DNA from: an uncultured bacterium
Lineage (GTDB): Bacteria; Chlamydiota; Chlamydiia; Chlamydiales; SM23-39
Direction: 5' to 3'
Length of the DNA: 64,000 nt
Assembly: GCA_963716985.1 (NCBI GenBank)
Contig: OY970323.1
Location: forward strand, 2,001,280 to 2,065,279
The position numbers and the translations under genes are program-made. Under the pieces are notes generated by a model. The model was given only the letters and a program-made list of their open reading frames with translations, made no database searches and was not told where the DNA came from. This document shows, in pieces, positions 58,401 to 64,000 of the stretch (its first letter is position 1; every line of letters begins with the position of its first letter).

Positions 58401-61400
58401 CGTTGATAATAATGGTATTCGCGACAATCGTGCCGAGGTGCAAAATCCCACCCGTAATCTCGACTAAGTTAAACTCCCCTGCTGTTGCGGTGCCGATATT
58501 GCCAGTCTGCACTGTGCCCGTGCCGGCATTCAGAATCAGCGTGCTCAAAGCGTTTGTCGTGGCATCGACACTAGGAACGGTAATATTGCCATTGGAGGAA
58601 TTCATCGTCAGGGCGGTTCCGGAAGAGAGGTCAATCGTTCCTGATGGAACGTTCAGCGCCTGGCCGTTAGAAGTAAAAGTTGTCAATGCTCCTGAGTTCA
58701 TATTGAACGTTGTGCCCGCAGTATACGTTTGAGCATTGGCATTATAGGTCTGGCCATTGAAATTAATGGCGCCTGTAGAATTGAGGGAAGTTGAGCCACT
58801 GACACCCGCGGTGGAAACGATGCCAATATTGGAAAGCGTGATTGCGCTTCCTGACAGAGAAAGAGCGCTTAATGGCGTCGCCGCGCCAATGGCGCCGGAG
58901 ATTGTCACTGATCCTGACCCAGCCGTCAGAGTGAGCGTTTCAGCTCCATTGACCGTACTGGAAAAGCTGATCGTCGCCCCGCCGTAACCTCCGCCATGTG
59001 TGCTGTCCATCAATACGGAAGAGCTCAGGACAACCGGTCCGGTCATCGTGATGGTACTGCCGTTCGTGATTATATTGCCTTCGATATCAATCGGCGAACC
59101 TGTGTAGCTCACTGCTCCAGTCGTAGCTGCTGTTGAATTCTGGGTAACCGTTGATCCGCCGTTAGCGCTTAGAGAAGCAAGAGGAGTGCTTGCTCCGACT
59201 GCACCTCCCAGCATAATCGTACCCGCCGTACCGCTCGTCAACCCAAGCGCAAAGGCACCGTTGATTGTCGTCGAACTTCCTGAGAAATTGATATTGGATC
59301 CAGCTGCCGTTCCTCCGCTATTCGTTGTATCGATCGCCACTCCGGCTGCCAATGTGACCGGGCCCGTCATCGTCACCGTGCCGCTTGTAGCCGTGCTCGT
59401 AGTGATGTTGCCGCCCAGGCTGATGCCAGTGCCTGAATAACTCACCGCGCCCGTTGTTTTAACGGTCGAACTTTGCGTTAATGTGGTTCCACTGTTTGCG
59501 GAGAGAGAAGCAAGAGGCGTACTGGCCCCGACTGCGCCTCCTAGCGTAATCGTTCCGCTCGTTCCGCCCGTCAACCCAAGCGCAAAGGCACCGTTGATTG
59601 TCGTCGAGCTTCCTGAGAAATTGATATTGGATCCAGCTGTTGTTCCTCCGCCATTCGTCGTATCGATTACCACACCGGCTGCCAATGTGATAGGTCCTGT
59701 CATCGTCACCGTGCCGCTTGTAGCCGTGCTCGTAGTGATGTTGCCGCCCAGGCTGATGCCGTTACCTGTGTAGCTAATAGCGCCCGTCGTTTTAACGGTC
59801 GAGCTTTGCGTTAATGTGGTTCCACTGTTTGCGGTTAGCGAAGCTATAGACGTACTTCCCCCAACTGCGCCTCCCAATGTAATCGTCCCCGCCGTGCCGC
59901 CCGTCAACCCAAGCGCAAAGGCGCCGTTGATTGTCGTCGAACTTCCTGAGAAATTGATATTGGACCCTGCTGCGGTTCCTCCGCCATTCGTCGTGTCGAT
60001 GGCGACTCCGGCTGCCAATGTGACCGGGCCCGTCATCGTCACCGTGCCGCTTGTAGCCGTGCTCGTAGTGATGTTGCCGCCCAGGCTGATGCCGTTACCT
60101 GTGTAGCTAATAGCGCCCGTCGTTTTAACGGTCGAGCTTTGCGTTAATGTGGTTCCACTGTTTGCGGTTAGCGAAGCTATAGACGTACTTCCCCCAACTG
60201 CGCCTCCCAATGTAATCGTCCCCGCCGTGCCGCCCGTCAACCCAAGCGCAAAGGCGCCGTTGATTGTCGTCGAACTTCCTGAGAAATTGATATTGGACCC
60301 TGCTGCGGTTCCTCCGCCATTCGTCGTGTCGATGGCGACTCCGGCTGCCAATGTGACCGGGCCCGTCATCGTCACCGTGCCGCTTGTAGCCGTGCTCGTA
60401 GTGATGTTGCCGCCCAGGCTGATGCCGTTACCTGTGTAGCTAATAGCGCCCGTCGTTTTAACGGTCGAGCTTTGCGTTAATGTGGTTCCACTGTTTGCGG
60501 TTAGCGAAGCTATAGACGTACTTCCCCCAACTGCGCCTCCCAATGTAATCGTCCCCGCCGTTCCGCCCGTCAACCCAAGCGCAAAGGCGCCGTTGATCGT
60601 CGTCGAGCTTCCTGAGAAATTGATATTGGATCCAGCTGCCGTTCCCCCGCCATTCGTCGTGTCGATGGCGACTCCGGCTGCCAATGTGACCGGGCCCGTC
60701 ATCGTCACCGTGCCGGTGGCTGCTGTACTCGTAGTGATGTTGCCGCCCAGGCTGATACCAGTGCCTGTGTAACTAATAGCGCCCGTCGTTTTAACGGTCG
60801 AACTCTGGGTCACTGTGGTTCCACTGTTAGCGGTTAGCGAAGCGATCGGCGTGATTCCTCCGACTGCGCCTCCCAATGTAATCGTCCCCGCCGTGCCGCC
60901 CGTCAACCCAAGCGCAAAGGCGCCGTTGATCGTAGTCGAACTTCCTGAGAAATTAATATTGGATCCGGCTGCCGTTCCTCCGCCATTCGTTGTGTCGATG
61001 GCAACTCCGGCTGCCAATGTGACTGGGCCCGTCATCGTCACCGTGCCGCTTGTAGCCGTGCTCGTGGTGATGTTGCCGCCCAGGCTGATGCCGTTGCCCG
61101 TGTAGCTAATAGCGCCCGTCGTTTTAACGGTCGAACTCTGGGTCACTGTGGTTCCACTGTTTGCGGTTAGCGAAGCGATCGGTATGATTCCTCCGACTGC
61201 GCCTCCCAATGTAATCGTCCCCGCCGTGCCGCCCGTCAACCCAAGCGCAAAGGCGCCGTTGATTGTCGTCGAACTTCCTGAGAAATTGATATTGGATCCA
61301 GCTGCGGTTCCCCCGCCATTTGTCGTATCGATGGCGACTCCCGCTGCCAATGTGACCGGACCCGTCATCGTCACCGTGCCGCTGGTCGCTGTACTCGTAG

Positions 61401-63999
61401 TGATGTTGCCGCCCAGGCTGATACCAGTGCCTGAATAGCTCACCGCACCCGTCGTTTTAACGGTCGAACTCTGGGTCACTGTTGATGCTGCGCTCGTAGC
61501 GCTCAAAGAAGTAATAGCAGTCGTTGCACCAACTGCACCGCCAAAGGTGATCGTCCCCGCACCCGCCGTCGTAACGGTCAAATTGCGCGTATTGGCCGTT
61601 CCATCCGAATCGATCGTTGCATTAAAGGCCGCGCTGAAACCTGATGAGGGGCTAATCGTCACGCTGGTTGCAGTCGCAGTCGGAGAATTGTTTAACAAAA
61701 CAGCGCGGCCGGCCGGAAAGGAAATGCTGCTATTCGTCGTCGTAACCGCAATGGTATTTTGTAGCTGGATCTGCCCGGTGGTCGCTGAGAAGTTCAAAGT
61801 CCCAATCGAGATCGTGCCTCTTAATACGGTGATTCCCGTCGTTGTATTGGTCAACGTGGCAATACTGCTGGTTGCCGCTCCATTGATGGGGCCCACTGTG
61901 ATCGTGCCTGTTCCGGAGCTGGCTGTGAACGTCGAGGCGGCAGGGACTTGGATTGTGCCGGTTGTAAAAGTCAAGGCATTGTTATTGGTTGTAAATGTCG
62001 TGACTCCCGAGCTCAATTGGAAATTGGTCGCAGCGGTGTATGTTTGGGCATTGGCGTTATAAGTTAAGCCATTGAAATTAATGGCGCCTAAACTCGTGAG
62101 TGCGGTAGCACCCGAAACACCCGCAGATGCACCGCCAATACTATTGATATTGATCGTGGCGCTCGTGGCGCTCAAAGAAGTAATAGCAGTCGTTGCACCA
62201 ACTGCACCGCCAAAGGTGATCGTCCCCGCACCCGCCGTCGTAACGGTCAAATTGCGCGTATTGGCCGTTCCATCCGAATCGATCGTTGAATTAAAAGTCG
62301 CGCTGAAACCTGATGAGGGGCTAATCGTCACGCTAGTTGCAGTCGCAGCCGGAGAATTGTTTAACAAAACAGCGCGGCCGGCCGGGAAGGAAATACTGCT
62401 ATTCGTCGTCGTAACTGAAATGGTATTTTGTAGCTGGATCTGCCCGGTGGTCGCTGAAAAGTTCAAAGTCCCAATCGAGATCGTGCCTCTTAATACGGTG
62501 ATTCCCGTCGTTGTATTGGTCAACGTGGCAATACTGCTGGTTGCCGCTCCATTGATGGGGCCCACTGTGATCGTGCCTGTTCCGGAGCTGGCTGTGAACG
62601 TCGAGGCGGCAGGGACTTGGATTGTGCCGGTTGTAAAAGTCAAGGCATTGTTATTGGTTGTAAATGTCGTGACTCCCGAGCTCAATTGAAAATTGGTCGC
62701 GGCGGTGTATGTTTGGGCATTGGCGTTATAAGTTAAGCCATTGAAATTAATGGCGCCTAAACTCGTGAGTGCGGTAGCACCCGAAACACCCGCAGATGCA
62801 CCGCCAATACTATTGATATTGATTGTTGCAGCGTTGGTTACAGTCAGGGTGGAGAGCGGCGTCGTGCCTCCAGCTACGCCTCCCAGAGTCACCGTCCCTC
62901 CCGTTCCTCCATTCAACCCAAGCGCAAAGGCGCCGTTGATTGTCGTCGTACCTCCCGAGAAATTGATATTGGACCCGGCTGCTGTTCCTCCGCCATTTGT
63001 CGTATCGATCACCACACCAGCTGCCAATGTGACCGGGCCCGTCATCGTCACCGTGCCGGTGGCCGCTGTACTCGTGGTGATGTTGCCGCCCAGGCTGATG
63101 CCGTTGCCCGTGTAGCTCACTGCGCCCGTTGTTTTAACGCTCGAACTTTGCGTTAATGTGGTTCCGCTGTTTGCGGTTAGCGAAGCGATCGGCGTGATTC
63201 CTCCGACTGCTCCTCCTAGCGTAATCGTCCCCGCCGTGCCGCTCGTCAATCCAAGCGCAAAGGCGCCGTTGATCGTCGTCGAAGATCCTGAGAAATTGAT
63301 ATTGGACCCTGCTGCCGTTCCTCCGCCATTCGTCGTATCGATCGCCACACCGGCTGCCAATGTGACCGGGCCGGTCATCGTCACCGTACCGCTTGTAGCC
63401 GTGCTCGTAGTGATGTTGCCGCCCAGGCTGATGCCGTTGCCCGTGTAGCTCACTGCACCCGTTGTTTTAACGCTCGAACTTTGCGTTAATGTGGTTCCAC
63501 TGTTTGCGGTGAGAGAAGCGATCGGTATGATTCCTCCGACTGCGCCTCCCAATGTAATCGTCCCCGCCGTGCCGCCCGTCAACCCAAGCGCAAAGGCGCC
63601 GTTGATCGTAGTCGAAGATCCCGAGAAATTGATATTGGATCCGGCTGCCGTTCCTCCGCCATTTGTCGTGTCGATGGCGACTCCCGCTGCCAATGTGATA
63701 GGTCCTGTCATCGTTACCGTGCCGCTGGTCGCTGTACTCGTAGTGATGTTGCCGCCCAGGCTGATACCAGTGCCTGAATAGCTCACCGCACCCGTCGTTT
63801 TAACGGTCGAACTCTGGGTCACTGTTGATGCTGCGCTCGTAGCGCTCAAAGAAGTAATAGCAGTCGTTGCACCAACTGCACCGCCAAAGGTGATCGTCGC
63901 CGCACCCGCCGTCGTAACGGTCAAATTGCGCGTATTGGCCGTTCCATCCGAATCGATCGTTGAATTAAAAGTCGCGCTGAAACCTGATGAGGGGCTAAT
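40471..63999 (-). CDS. Giant TpsA-like passenger, >7,840 aa, 5' end outside window
   Basis: Open frame continues to the window edge (the 63924 'start' is a mid-repeat TTG); same repeat modules and same C-terminal cassette as tpsA2; the TPS domain itself is not visible. Confidence 0.85.
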   Translation of the reverse strand: MSPSSGFSATFNSTIDSDGTANTRNLTVTTAGAATITFGGAVGATTAITSLSATSAASTVTQSSTVKTTGAVSYSGTGISLGGNITTSTATSGTVTMTGPITLAAGVAIDTTNGGGTAAGSNINFSGSSTTINGAFALGLTGGTAGTITLGGAVGGIIPIASLTANSGTTLTQSSSVKTTGAVSYTGNGISLGGNITTSTATSGTVTMTGPVTLAAGVAIDTTNGGGTAAGSNINFSGSSTTINGAFALGLTSGTAGTITLGGAVGGITPIASLTANSGTTLTQSSSVKTTGAVSYTGNGISLGGNITTSTAATGTVTMTGPVTLAAGVVIDTTNGGGTAAGSNINFSGGTTTINGAFALGLNGGTGGTVTLGGVAGGTTPLSTLTVTNAATININSIGGASAGVSGATALTSLGAINFNGLTYNANAQTYTAATNFQLSSGVTTFTTNNNALTFTTGTIQVPAASTFTASSGTGTITVGPINGAATSSIATLTNTTTGITVLRGTISIGTLNFSATTGQIQLQNTISVTTTNSSISFPAGRAVLLNNSPAATATSVTISPSSGFSATFNSTIDSDGTANTRNLTVTTAGAGTITFGGAVGATTAITSLSATSATININSIGGASAGVSGATALTSLGAINFNGLTYNANAQTYTAATNFQLSSGVTTFTTNNNALTFTTGTIQVPAASTFTASSGTGTITVGPINGAATSSIATLTNTTTGITVLRGTISIGTLNFSATTGQIQLQNTIAVTTTNSSISFPAGRAVLLNNSPTATATSVTISPSSGFSAAFNATIDSDGTANTRNLTVTTAGAGTITFGGAVGATTAITSLSATSAASTVTQSSTVKTTGAVSYSGTGISLGGNITTSTATSGTVTMTGPVTLAAGVAIDTTNGGGTAAGSNINFSGSSTTINGAFALGLTGGTAGTITLGGAVGGIIPIASLTANSGTTVTQSSTVKTTGAISYTGNGISLGGNITTSTATSGTVTMTGPVTLAAGVAIDTTNGGGTAAGSNINFSGSSTTINGAFALGLTGGTAGTITLGGAVGGITPIASLTANSGTTVTQSSTVKTTGAISYTGTGISLGGNITTSTAATGTVTMTGPVTLAAGVAIDTTNGGGTAAGSNINFSGSSTTINGAFALGLTGGTAGTITLGGAVGGSTSIASLTANSGTTLTQSSTVKTTGAISYTGNGISLGGNITTSTATSGTVTMTGPVTLAAGVAIDTTNGGGTAAGSNINFSGSSTTINGAFALGLTGGTAGTITLGGAVGGSTSIASLTANSGTTLTQSSTVKTTGAISYTGNGISLGGNITTSTATSGTVTMTGPVTLAAGVAIDTTNGGGTAAGSNINFSGSSTTINGAFALGLTGGTAGTITLGGAVGGSTSIASLTANSGTTLTQSSTVKTTGAISYTGNGISLGGNITTSTATSGTVTMTGPITLAAGVVIDTTNGGGTTAGSNINFSGSSTTINGAFALGLTGGTSGTITLGGAVGASTPLASLSANSGTTLTQSSTVKTTGAVSYSGTGISLGGNITTSTATSGTVTMTGPVTLAAGVAIDTTNSGGTAAGSNINFSGSSTTINGAFALGLTSGTAGTIMLGGAVGASTPLASLSANGGSTVTQNSTAATTGAVSYTGSPIDIEGNIITNGSTITMTGPVVLSSSVLMDSTHGGGYGGATISFSSTVNGAETLTLTAGSGSVTISGAIGAATPLSALSLSGSAITLSNIGIVSTAGVSGSTSLNSTGAINFNGQTYNANAQTYTAGTTFNMNSGALTTFTSNGQALNVPSGTIDLSSGTALTMNSSNGNITVPSVDATTNALSTLILNAGTGTVQTGNIGTATAGEFNLVEITGGILHLGTIVANTIIINGSTTIYINGNITTNNTAITFSLPVILTNNVTISTGSPGASISFLSTLDGDIANTRSLILTAGTGTITFTGAVGSNESLASLSATGANISQSSSVATFGAVIYSGSTLIDLDGNITTGGGNIQMFGPVALSASIALSSGPDTGNITFSSTVNGTGAGGQNLSLSADLGNISFSGAVGGTKRLGTMTVNTANNFTANALTLGAFSQLAGTGITSFNGAVDINTAAGLSITNTNTTFNSTVNTTSGGIVSVSVGGTLILTSSAAFTLTGAFTESGAGAVQSAGSITTTGQSIQFGSAVALTGATALSTGTGANIIFVNTLDGPGDLSLTAGTGSISFDMAVGSLTRLGALTINSVAAVNALGVRAASINQTVAATGASTYSGDINTNAAGGVNLWGTSFSINGNLITTTGGPFTITNSALLTLVAGSSTSLAGAFTQSGGGAVSFSGTILTANAAIYFTNPITLAGAATFNAGTGTGAITFHSTIDGTAPYTQTLILSTGSTGNINLVGDIGDTTPLSDLSINQAGTVSTQAITASSITQLVGGATTTFSGDITTHTVGGISLTGTAFAFSGNATTTTGSGPLAVSGALSFAPSKTYNIGGAVSQTGGAVSLAGQITASGAIAGTGISIAGAITLGGTATLSTAAASHSIVLSSTLDGANNLTLAAGGGNITIGDIAGSVARLGNLIFSSALNISTQAITAARIQQVAGTGTTTLGALNTNGASGINLALTNLSINGSIITTSGGGFTVLNSGTVTLVSPITTSVSGAFEQNGAAGSVNLLGTITTINQLIQFTSPITLTGDTVLNSGSSAGDISLTTVTGAYALTLSAGTGDITTNNIGAAPLTGVTFTSAHNITTGAISAGSITQTAGSGTSIFNGVLSTTTAGGITLTGTSFQFPHSVTTTGTGAFNINNSSLATFGPGVTFTIDGNFSQTNSGAVFLGANITTAHGAIAFASAATLNGATVLDSSLDNGNITFSSTLDGTQTISMTAGGGDVSVNGAIGTIAPLSSLTVTSANNISLGNVGTGGSAGVTGAASLPATTNLNFNGTNYNFNSTTISGATANFKAGALTTVITNGNPITFAVSPTTIELSSSTNLTINSAGGAITLGAVHAVANNLRTLTLNAVAGPIQVGQIGSSNNGEFSSVSFTCGTLTITGNLYSNAFTLSPSVQIFLGGSMTTVNTSLTFPVPVVVNNIPTATISTGATGANIIFSSTIDGDASLTRNLILAAGSGSITLTGAIGGTNPLASLAISSANIVTAHAITVGALSQNSGTGTTTFNGAINTSNVSGITLTGSAFTFNNTVTTTTGGGVQVANSGNLTMPAGSTFTLSGPFSQTGSGSVLMGNTITSGDEVLFTSAVTLTHAISISTAAASKQIHFIGTIDSGVGGPFDMTLNAGTGGNIYVDKDIGSISALGNVLIVFAQNITVQAITAYSATLTGGTGTLILNGNALVGAGGINITGNNFISNGNVTTTNGGNITYNNSGTSTAMVGGIVVTCSGNLSQIGTGPLFLSNLITVGGNVLITGPVSIASPTTIDVSAGTGSITMLNTVDGAYSLTLKSGGGAVTFDQPVGSGIPIGALSISGANGLTTQSIQAASITQTTSTGKTWFKGAIATSGAIAITTTGDIERDAAITTTAGSLTITNGGTFISTSAGNISLGGALLQNGAGSVSLAGSVATTNANITFNRPITLYGSTQINSGTGTGNIDLKQTVQGAFALTLSSGAGNITLENQVGTVGTPLAGLTFASANLVSTQVIYSTFITQSTATAVTGATTFNGALYATGGSGISLTGTAFTFDNPIASAGPLTIMNSGLVTYISAATGNISGALTEMGTGSTLLSSSITAGGAVQFEEPVVVSGIGSIDTSAANRNITFANTIDGPGNLSGSLTLSSGTNDITIAGAVGSIHSLGSLTISTVGNLTTQAVTASSLTQSASSLTGTSLFNGSISTSGSGGIHLTGSAFTFLQNVTTTGSGPISINNSGTLTTTAGKTISSGDIFTQNGSGSVQLGCSIVTTNATAGHGDIHFTGTSSITLIAPISIDSSIGGGTIQFSAASTVDGYEPITLNAGSTGNIVVLGDFGGTTPLGAFTITNANDVTVQAITADSITQSASSLTGTSYVLGSLATSAPAGLTLIGNNFTVGPLATSITTTNGGSFTVTNQGLISGSGPTLTTVSGAFIQNGPGPVVLGGPLTANEGISCTGPVIFGLDSTLDSSGGNGDIVFSNTVDGYAGTENVTLTAGGGNITFSQAVGGSTPLNVLTFQSAHNITASSSITVGSIAAGTPFTGTAAFSGAVATSASSGIALTGNAITFNNNVATTGGGAVSLTNTGLLTIANGSVFSINGAITQSGAGSVSLGGSITTTNAQLLTDAMTFASAITLTAAVSLDSHAGVGDNNIVLNGAVDGSMTLDVTAGLGNVTLNSTMGHTAPLTSLTIHSAATILVGANASISGPFTITSATGPSTFNGTLSASAISINGAAINFNHAVSATSGAIGITNSGTLTIASSAPITSSTTFSQTGAGSVSLGSNITASGTIGIPSLEIASPITLTNGVILNSGGGDLTLSSAVGGAYALTLTVGAGDLTLSGNLGTLLAPLGICTITNVHDASIQAIYASSITQQNGSGTSTLYGNLYTNTIGGITLIGHNFVSSGTVTTESGSNGSLTITNSGLLTGTGASTVTLDGAFIQNGTGPVNVGGTIETNHANISHASAISVLLPSTFTSHGGNVIFSSTVNGPASLTIAASTGNVTFNGIVGGSSPLGFLTISSAGTIFQNYSLSATGAVADTATTIHLNGNITTNASDITLTGNVIVGAALALSTSGGSGNISITGSTDGDVAGRDFTIQTATGNITLQGVGASTSFHNLTFSANNISTGNLGLGATGTASLTATTDINFTGTSYNNGTQNYSAGGNFNFNNGSATTVSSNIRNITFTTGTIHLSNDLTIDSNGGTIRMTNLLGTGKNFTVDADVGDYYFTQLGSNSSFLNNVSLTAGSNAQFHPYPVNFPNPGTNVYASGSFTVQTTASVTLSGNYSISGQTYTTPVAISGAVTFTCGAGGTVTFNRTVDANTAGVDTLSFDFDPCNGSVVFNAPVGSIAPLASLSINAPTDVTVASTMDVGSFAVTNGVGTTAFASGLTSTALGGVSITTPTINLSGAFSTGNNGPFVLDNSGVLTIAAGSGFNISGAFQQTGAGSVQIGGTVITNNAAIEFTGPVTLDGDISFDSAVSTGGDVSFASTIQGAHNLSITAGSSNISFGGAVGTVGTPLTGIQIVSGDVTASAPIYAQTITQLAGAASFNALTVNGGSGINLTGSAFTFNNAVTTSGSLLVHNSGLLTFHNAAYSIGGSLTQTGAGSTQIAGTFSPVGAISFAQGVELIGTTSFDTHTTNQNILFSADLTNDNAGAHDLSLNPGTGNITFSGAVGTISFPIGALAITQAGNVTAGVIVASSITQSAGSGTTTISGNMTTNQAGGISLAGTNFTINSTVITTGLGPFSITNSGPLSLTLGGLTSISDAFTQSGGGAVSLSGALAAAQGISFANAITLAGNTALSTSNLDITLSSTVNGHYSFGLGGARDVIFGANLGGTTPLGALTITTVRNITYPLVNADSIAQSASTGTTTITGPMTTTGALGISISGGAINQNGAITTSAGSAGPVTFINTGLLTIGIGVATNAAGAYTQSGVGGTVHLGGSINATENQIHFTGATTLTADVSLNAGPASSTSAVITFDSTIQGAHALTLSAPGGTITLSGDVGTLGTLLTGFTITNAQTVSTQGIYSAFINQNSGIGTTTFNGALRTNGSGISLLGTSFTFNNTFTTTGVGSVTINNSGPTIFAVGATGSIAGSFTQTGTGGTTQLSSSITAGGAIQLHGALCVPTSATGSLSTSAANQPITLFSTVDGPGNLTLSSGTNDITIAGAAGSIHSLGSLTISTVGNLTTQAVTASSLTQSASSLTGTSLFNGSISTSGSGGIHLTGSAFTFLQNVTTTGSGPISINNSGTLTTTADKTISSGDIFTQNGSGSVQLGCAIVTTNATAGHGDIHFTGTSSITLIAPISIDSSIGGGTIQFSAASTVDGYEPITLNAGSTGNIVVLGDFGGTTPLGAFTITNANDVTVQAITADSITQSASSLTGTSYVLGSLATSAPAGLTLIGNNFTVGSLATSITTTNGGSFTVTNQGLISGSGPTLTTVSGAFIQNGPGPVVLGGPLTANEGISCTGPVIFGLDGTLDSSGGNGDIVFSNTVDGNAGTENVTLTAGVGDITFSQAVGAGSFPGTTWVGSLTASGSTISIADVGTALAVGVSGATTLTASGGINFTGTIYNANTQTYTITSANTFDMNAGALTTFSSHVHAIAFVGVNGLLLGTGTDLTMNTSGANISLGPINAHTGDHRHLVLDAGVGSIQIGDLGTSGAGKFASASFTGTNLTLGNAFADAFTFTYTGTLYAAGNIVSTDTALSFPSIGVGAVVLSANSTISTYGVVGADITFSGTVDGVVDDAFGLTLNSGSGSIDFKQNVGVGHRLASLVIDAALNMTLEPAATMIVDSLYQFSGFGTTAFEGALVVPTDFGISLTGNNFAFYNFVETLNNGPLSVINSGTLTFAGSGSISGGFTQTGSGPSPSVALSGSITAGQPILISSSTILSGTTTLDTSAANQPITFQSAVNGSGNITFLAGGGDINLEADAGLSSRLGTITIRSSHNVTGQSVSASAVNMSTTLGGSASSGTATVNGVLNTNGAAGITLVGTNFVLNGSITTTNGGNFVLTNSGLVTDYAINSVSVNGSYTQNGTGPVNFAGSLTTTATSVGAGTISFTSPITLLAGGSFDSSSSHSDITFSSTIQGPGSLSVSSGSGVSGGDILFNQNIGATTAIGAITIPTAHNVTMQTVNAASLTQSAGSGTTMINGNVTTHTSTGINLTGTNIIRGANWTTSSAGPISVNNSGTFTSTASGTIVSSGPFNQSGSGSVQISGSVTTSNASIDFHGAMTIDGNMVLNSGSGTGAITVHNTVDGDIAGRTLTLTSGNGDISFLAGVGSSTRLGIVTVTNANNVTFNGLKTTSFVQQSGAVTGTTTLNGTTNTSAGGGIQINANAITLNNTVQTTANGPIILTNGGLLTINAACTLSDGSLARFTQNGLGSSVLTGSVTSDGPIFFSKGVAVSSSPFLTASSQAITLSSTLNGPGNLTLNSGAADIVITGAAGSSSRLGDLIFTNANNITASSIRAASIIQSAGAGTTTMAGDLNTTGNINLSGAAFVLNGSDITTLGSFTIAHTAPSTLIFGASTSISGSFTESGSGAISLEGTLITNNENITFNNALSLTHATTINSNGGTILIVSTITGNQALVLASGSGNTTVSAGITGVHSLTIQSANNASLQAVLAGCFVQSQGGGLTTFNGALTTTLNNGINLTGSQFTFNAPVATLNGGPVQITNSGLLTIATGAPFNITGNFTQLNSGNVSLADNFTTAGNSILFTGAVVLGHNVSLDTGATVGNITFIRAVSGSHNLTLNTGFGAIALDQNAGTLGVLQVNSAGTFNALAITAGSISLSGISTSATISGDLNTSLAAGITMSGVAFNVLGNVTTLTSGPFTITNSGPLVLGTNFNFSIDGAFLQNGSGHVSGGGTLATNNHPVEFQSLLTLTGDLSITSGSANAAVAEVDGPYNLAVAAGSGDAIFNGFIGNHVALQNVTVSSAHDINLMGVGSVATGVTGTFNLTASHNIIFGNTVYNANTQIYSAANEFTFNTGSQTNLTSFGGPIAFTNGTIHLGAFNDLQVITNNGSFSFVSLLGTTFENIIISTGTGTAALNTIASGGTINNLMVTAGNITISGSIDPINTHLVSLKDILNTAGSELIICNNTPIFDAQGGNVGSLSSPLLVHSANQIIVGGGPGLSLADLDGFSIDHTVQWLLADPPCKIIFNGVVIKNCTIPPTPPPVVVTVSFPFAVPGFDSSSFNLASDFFFLPFFLEDIYIKKRVPIYYRQPLPSITVKEVPEKI
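45632..46713. repeat. Internal duplication in tpsA1, copy 1 (copy 2 at about 51665-52746)
   Basis: Offset 6,033 bp; near-identical ~1.08 kb. Confidence 0.85.
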
Positions 64000-64000
64000 C
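59150..64000. repeat. Tandem module array in tpsA1: 7x333 bp, 2x669 bp, 3x333 bp, partial 669 bp
   Basis: Antisense ORF starts at 59483, 59816, 60149, 60482, 60815 and 61148 (step 333), 62072/62741 (step 669) and 63158/63491. Confidence 0.9.

Noticed and set aside
20218-63781. Dozens of plus-strand V/P/L/A-rich ORFs (60-350 aa) over the giant genes
   Set aside because: Antisense shadows of the biased T/G/S/A/N codons; they repeat exactly with the tpsA modules and have no RBS or domain motifs
59150-64000. Regular repeats as a possible CRISPR array
   Set aside because: Units are 333/669 bp, in-frame coding, with no unique spacers and no cas genes

Overview
Bacterial chromosomal window, most likely from an environmental Chlamydiota genome. 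This is inferred from a chlamydial-type RsbU near enolase, a small chlamydia-like conserved protein and eukaryote-like effector candidates. Bases 1-16.2 kb are mostly housekeeping: CCA-adding enzyme (partial), YVTN beta-propeller, rsbU, TrmH-family methylase, rsgA, eno, MBL hydrolase, tRNA-Arg(ACG), GT2 and trkA/trkH. This stretch also holds two effector-like genes: a Sel1-repeat protein ending in a Ras/Rho-like polybasic-CaaX tail, and a membrane protein with a Pro/Ser-rich tail. Bases 16.3-19.9 kb are a mobile-element scar: a frameshifted CHC2 primase zinc finger, a Fic protein with a palindromic operator, and an intact IS1634-family element. The remaining 44 kb is one minus-strand two-partner secretion (type Vb) locus, tpsA1 (>7,800 aa, runs off the window) - tpsB - tpsA2 (6,232 aa). 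The two giant passengers are built from the same near-identical 111-aa and 223-aa DNA modules in different orders. Each carries a kb-scale internal duplication spaced about 6.03 kb apart, and both end in a shared C-X11-C loop / Pro-linker / aromatic / polybasic tail. All calls are from motif reading by eye; no searches were run.
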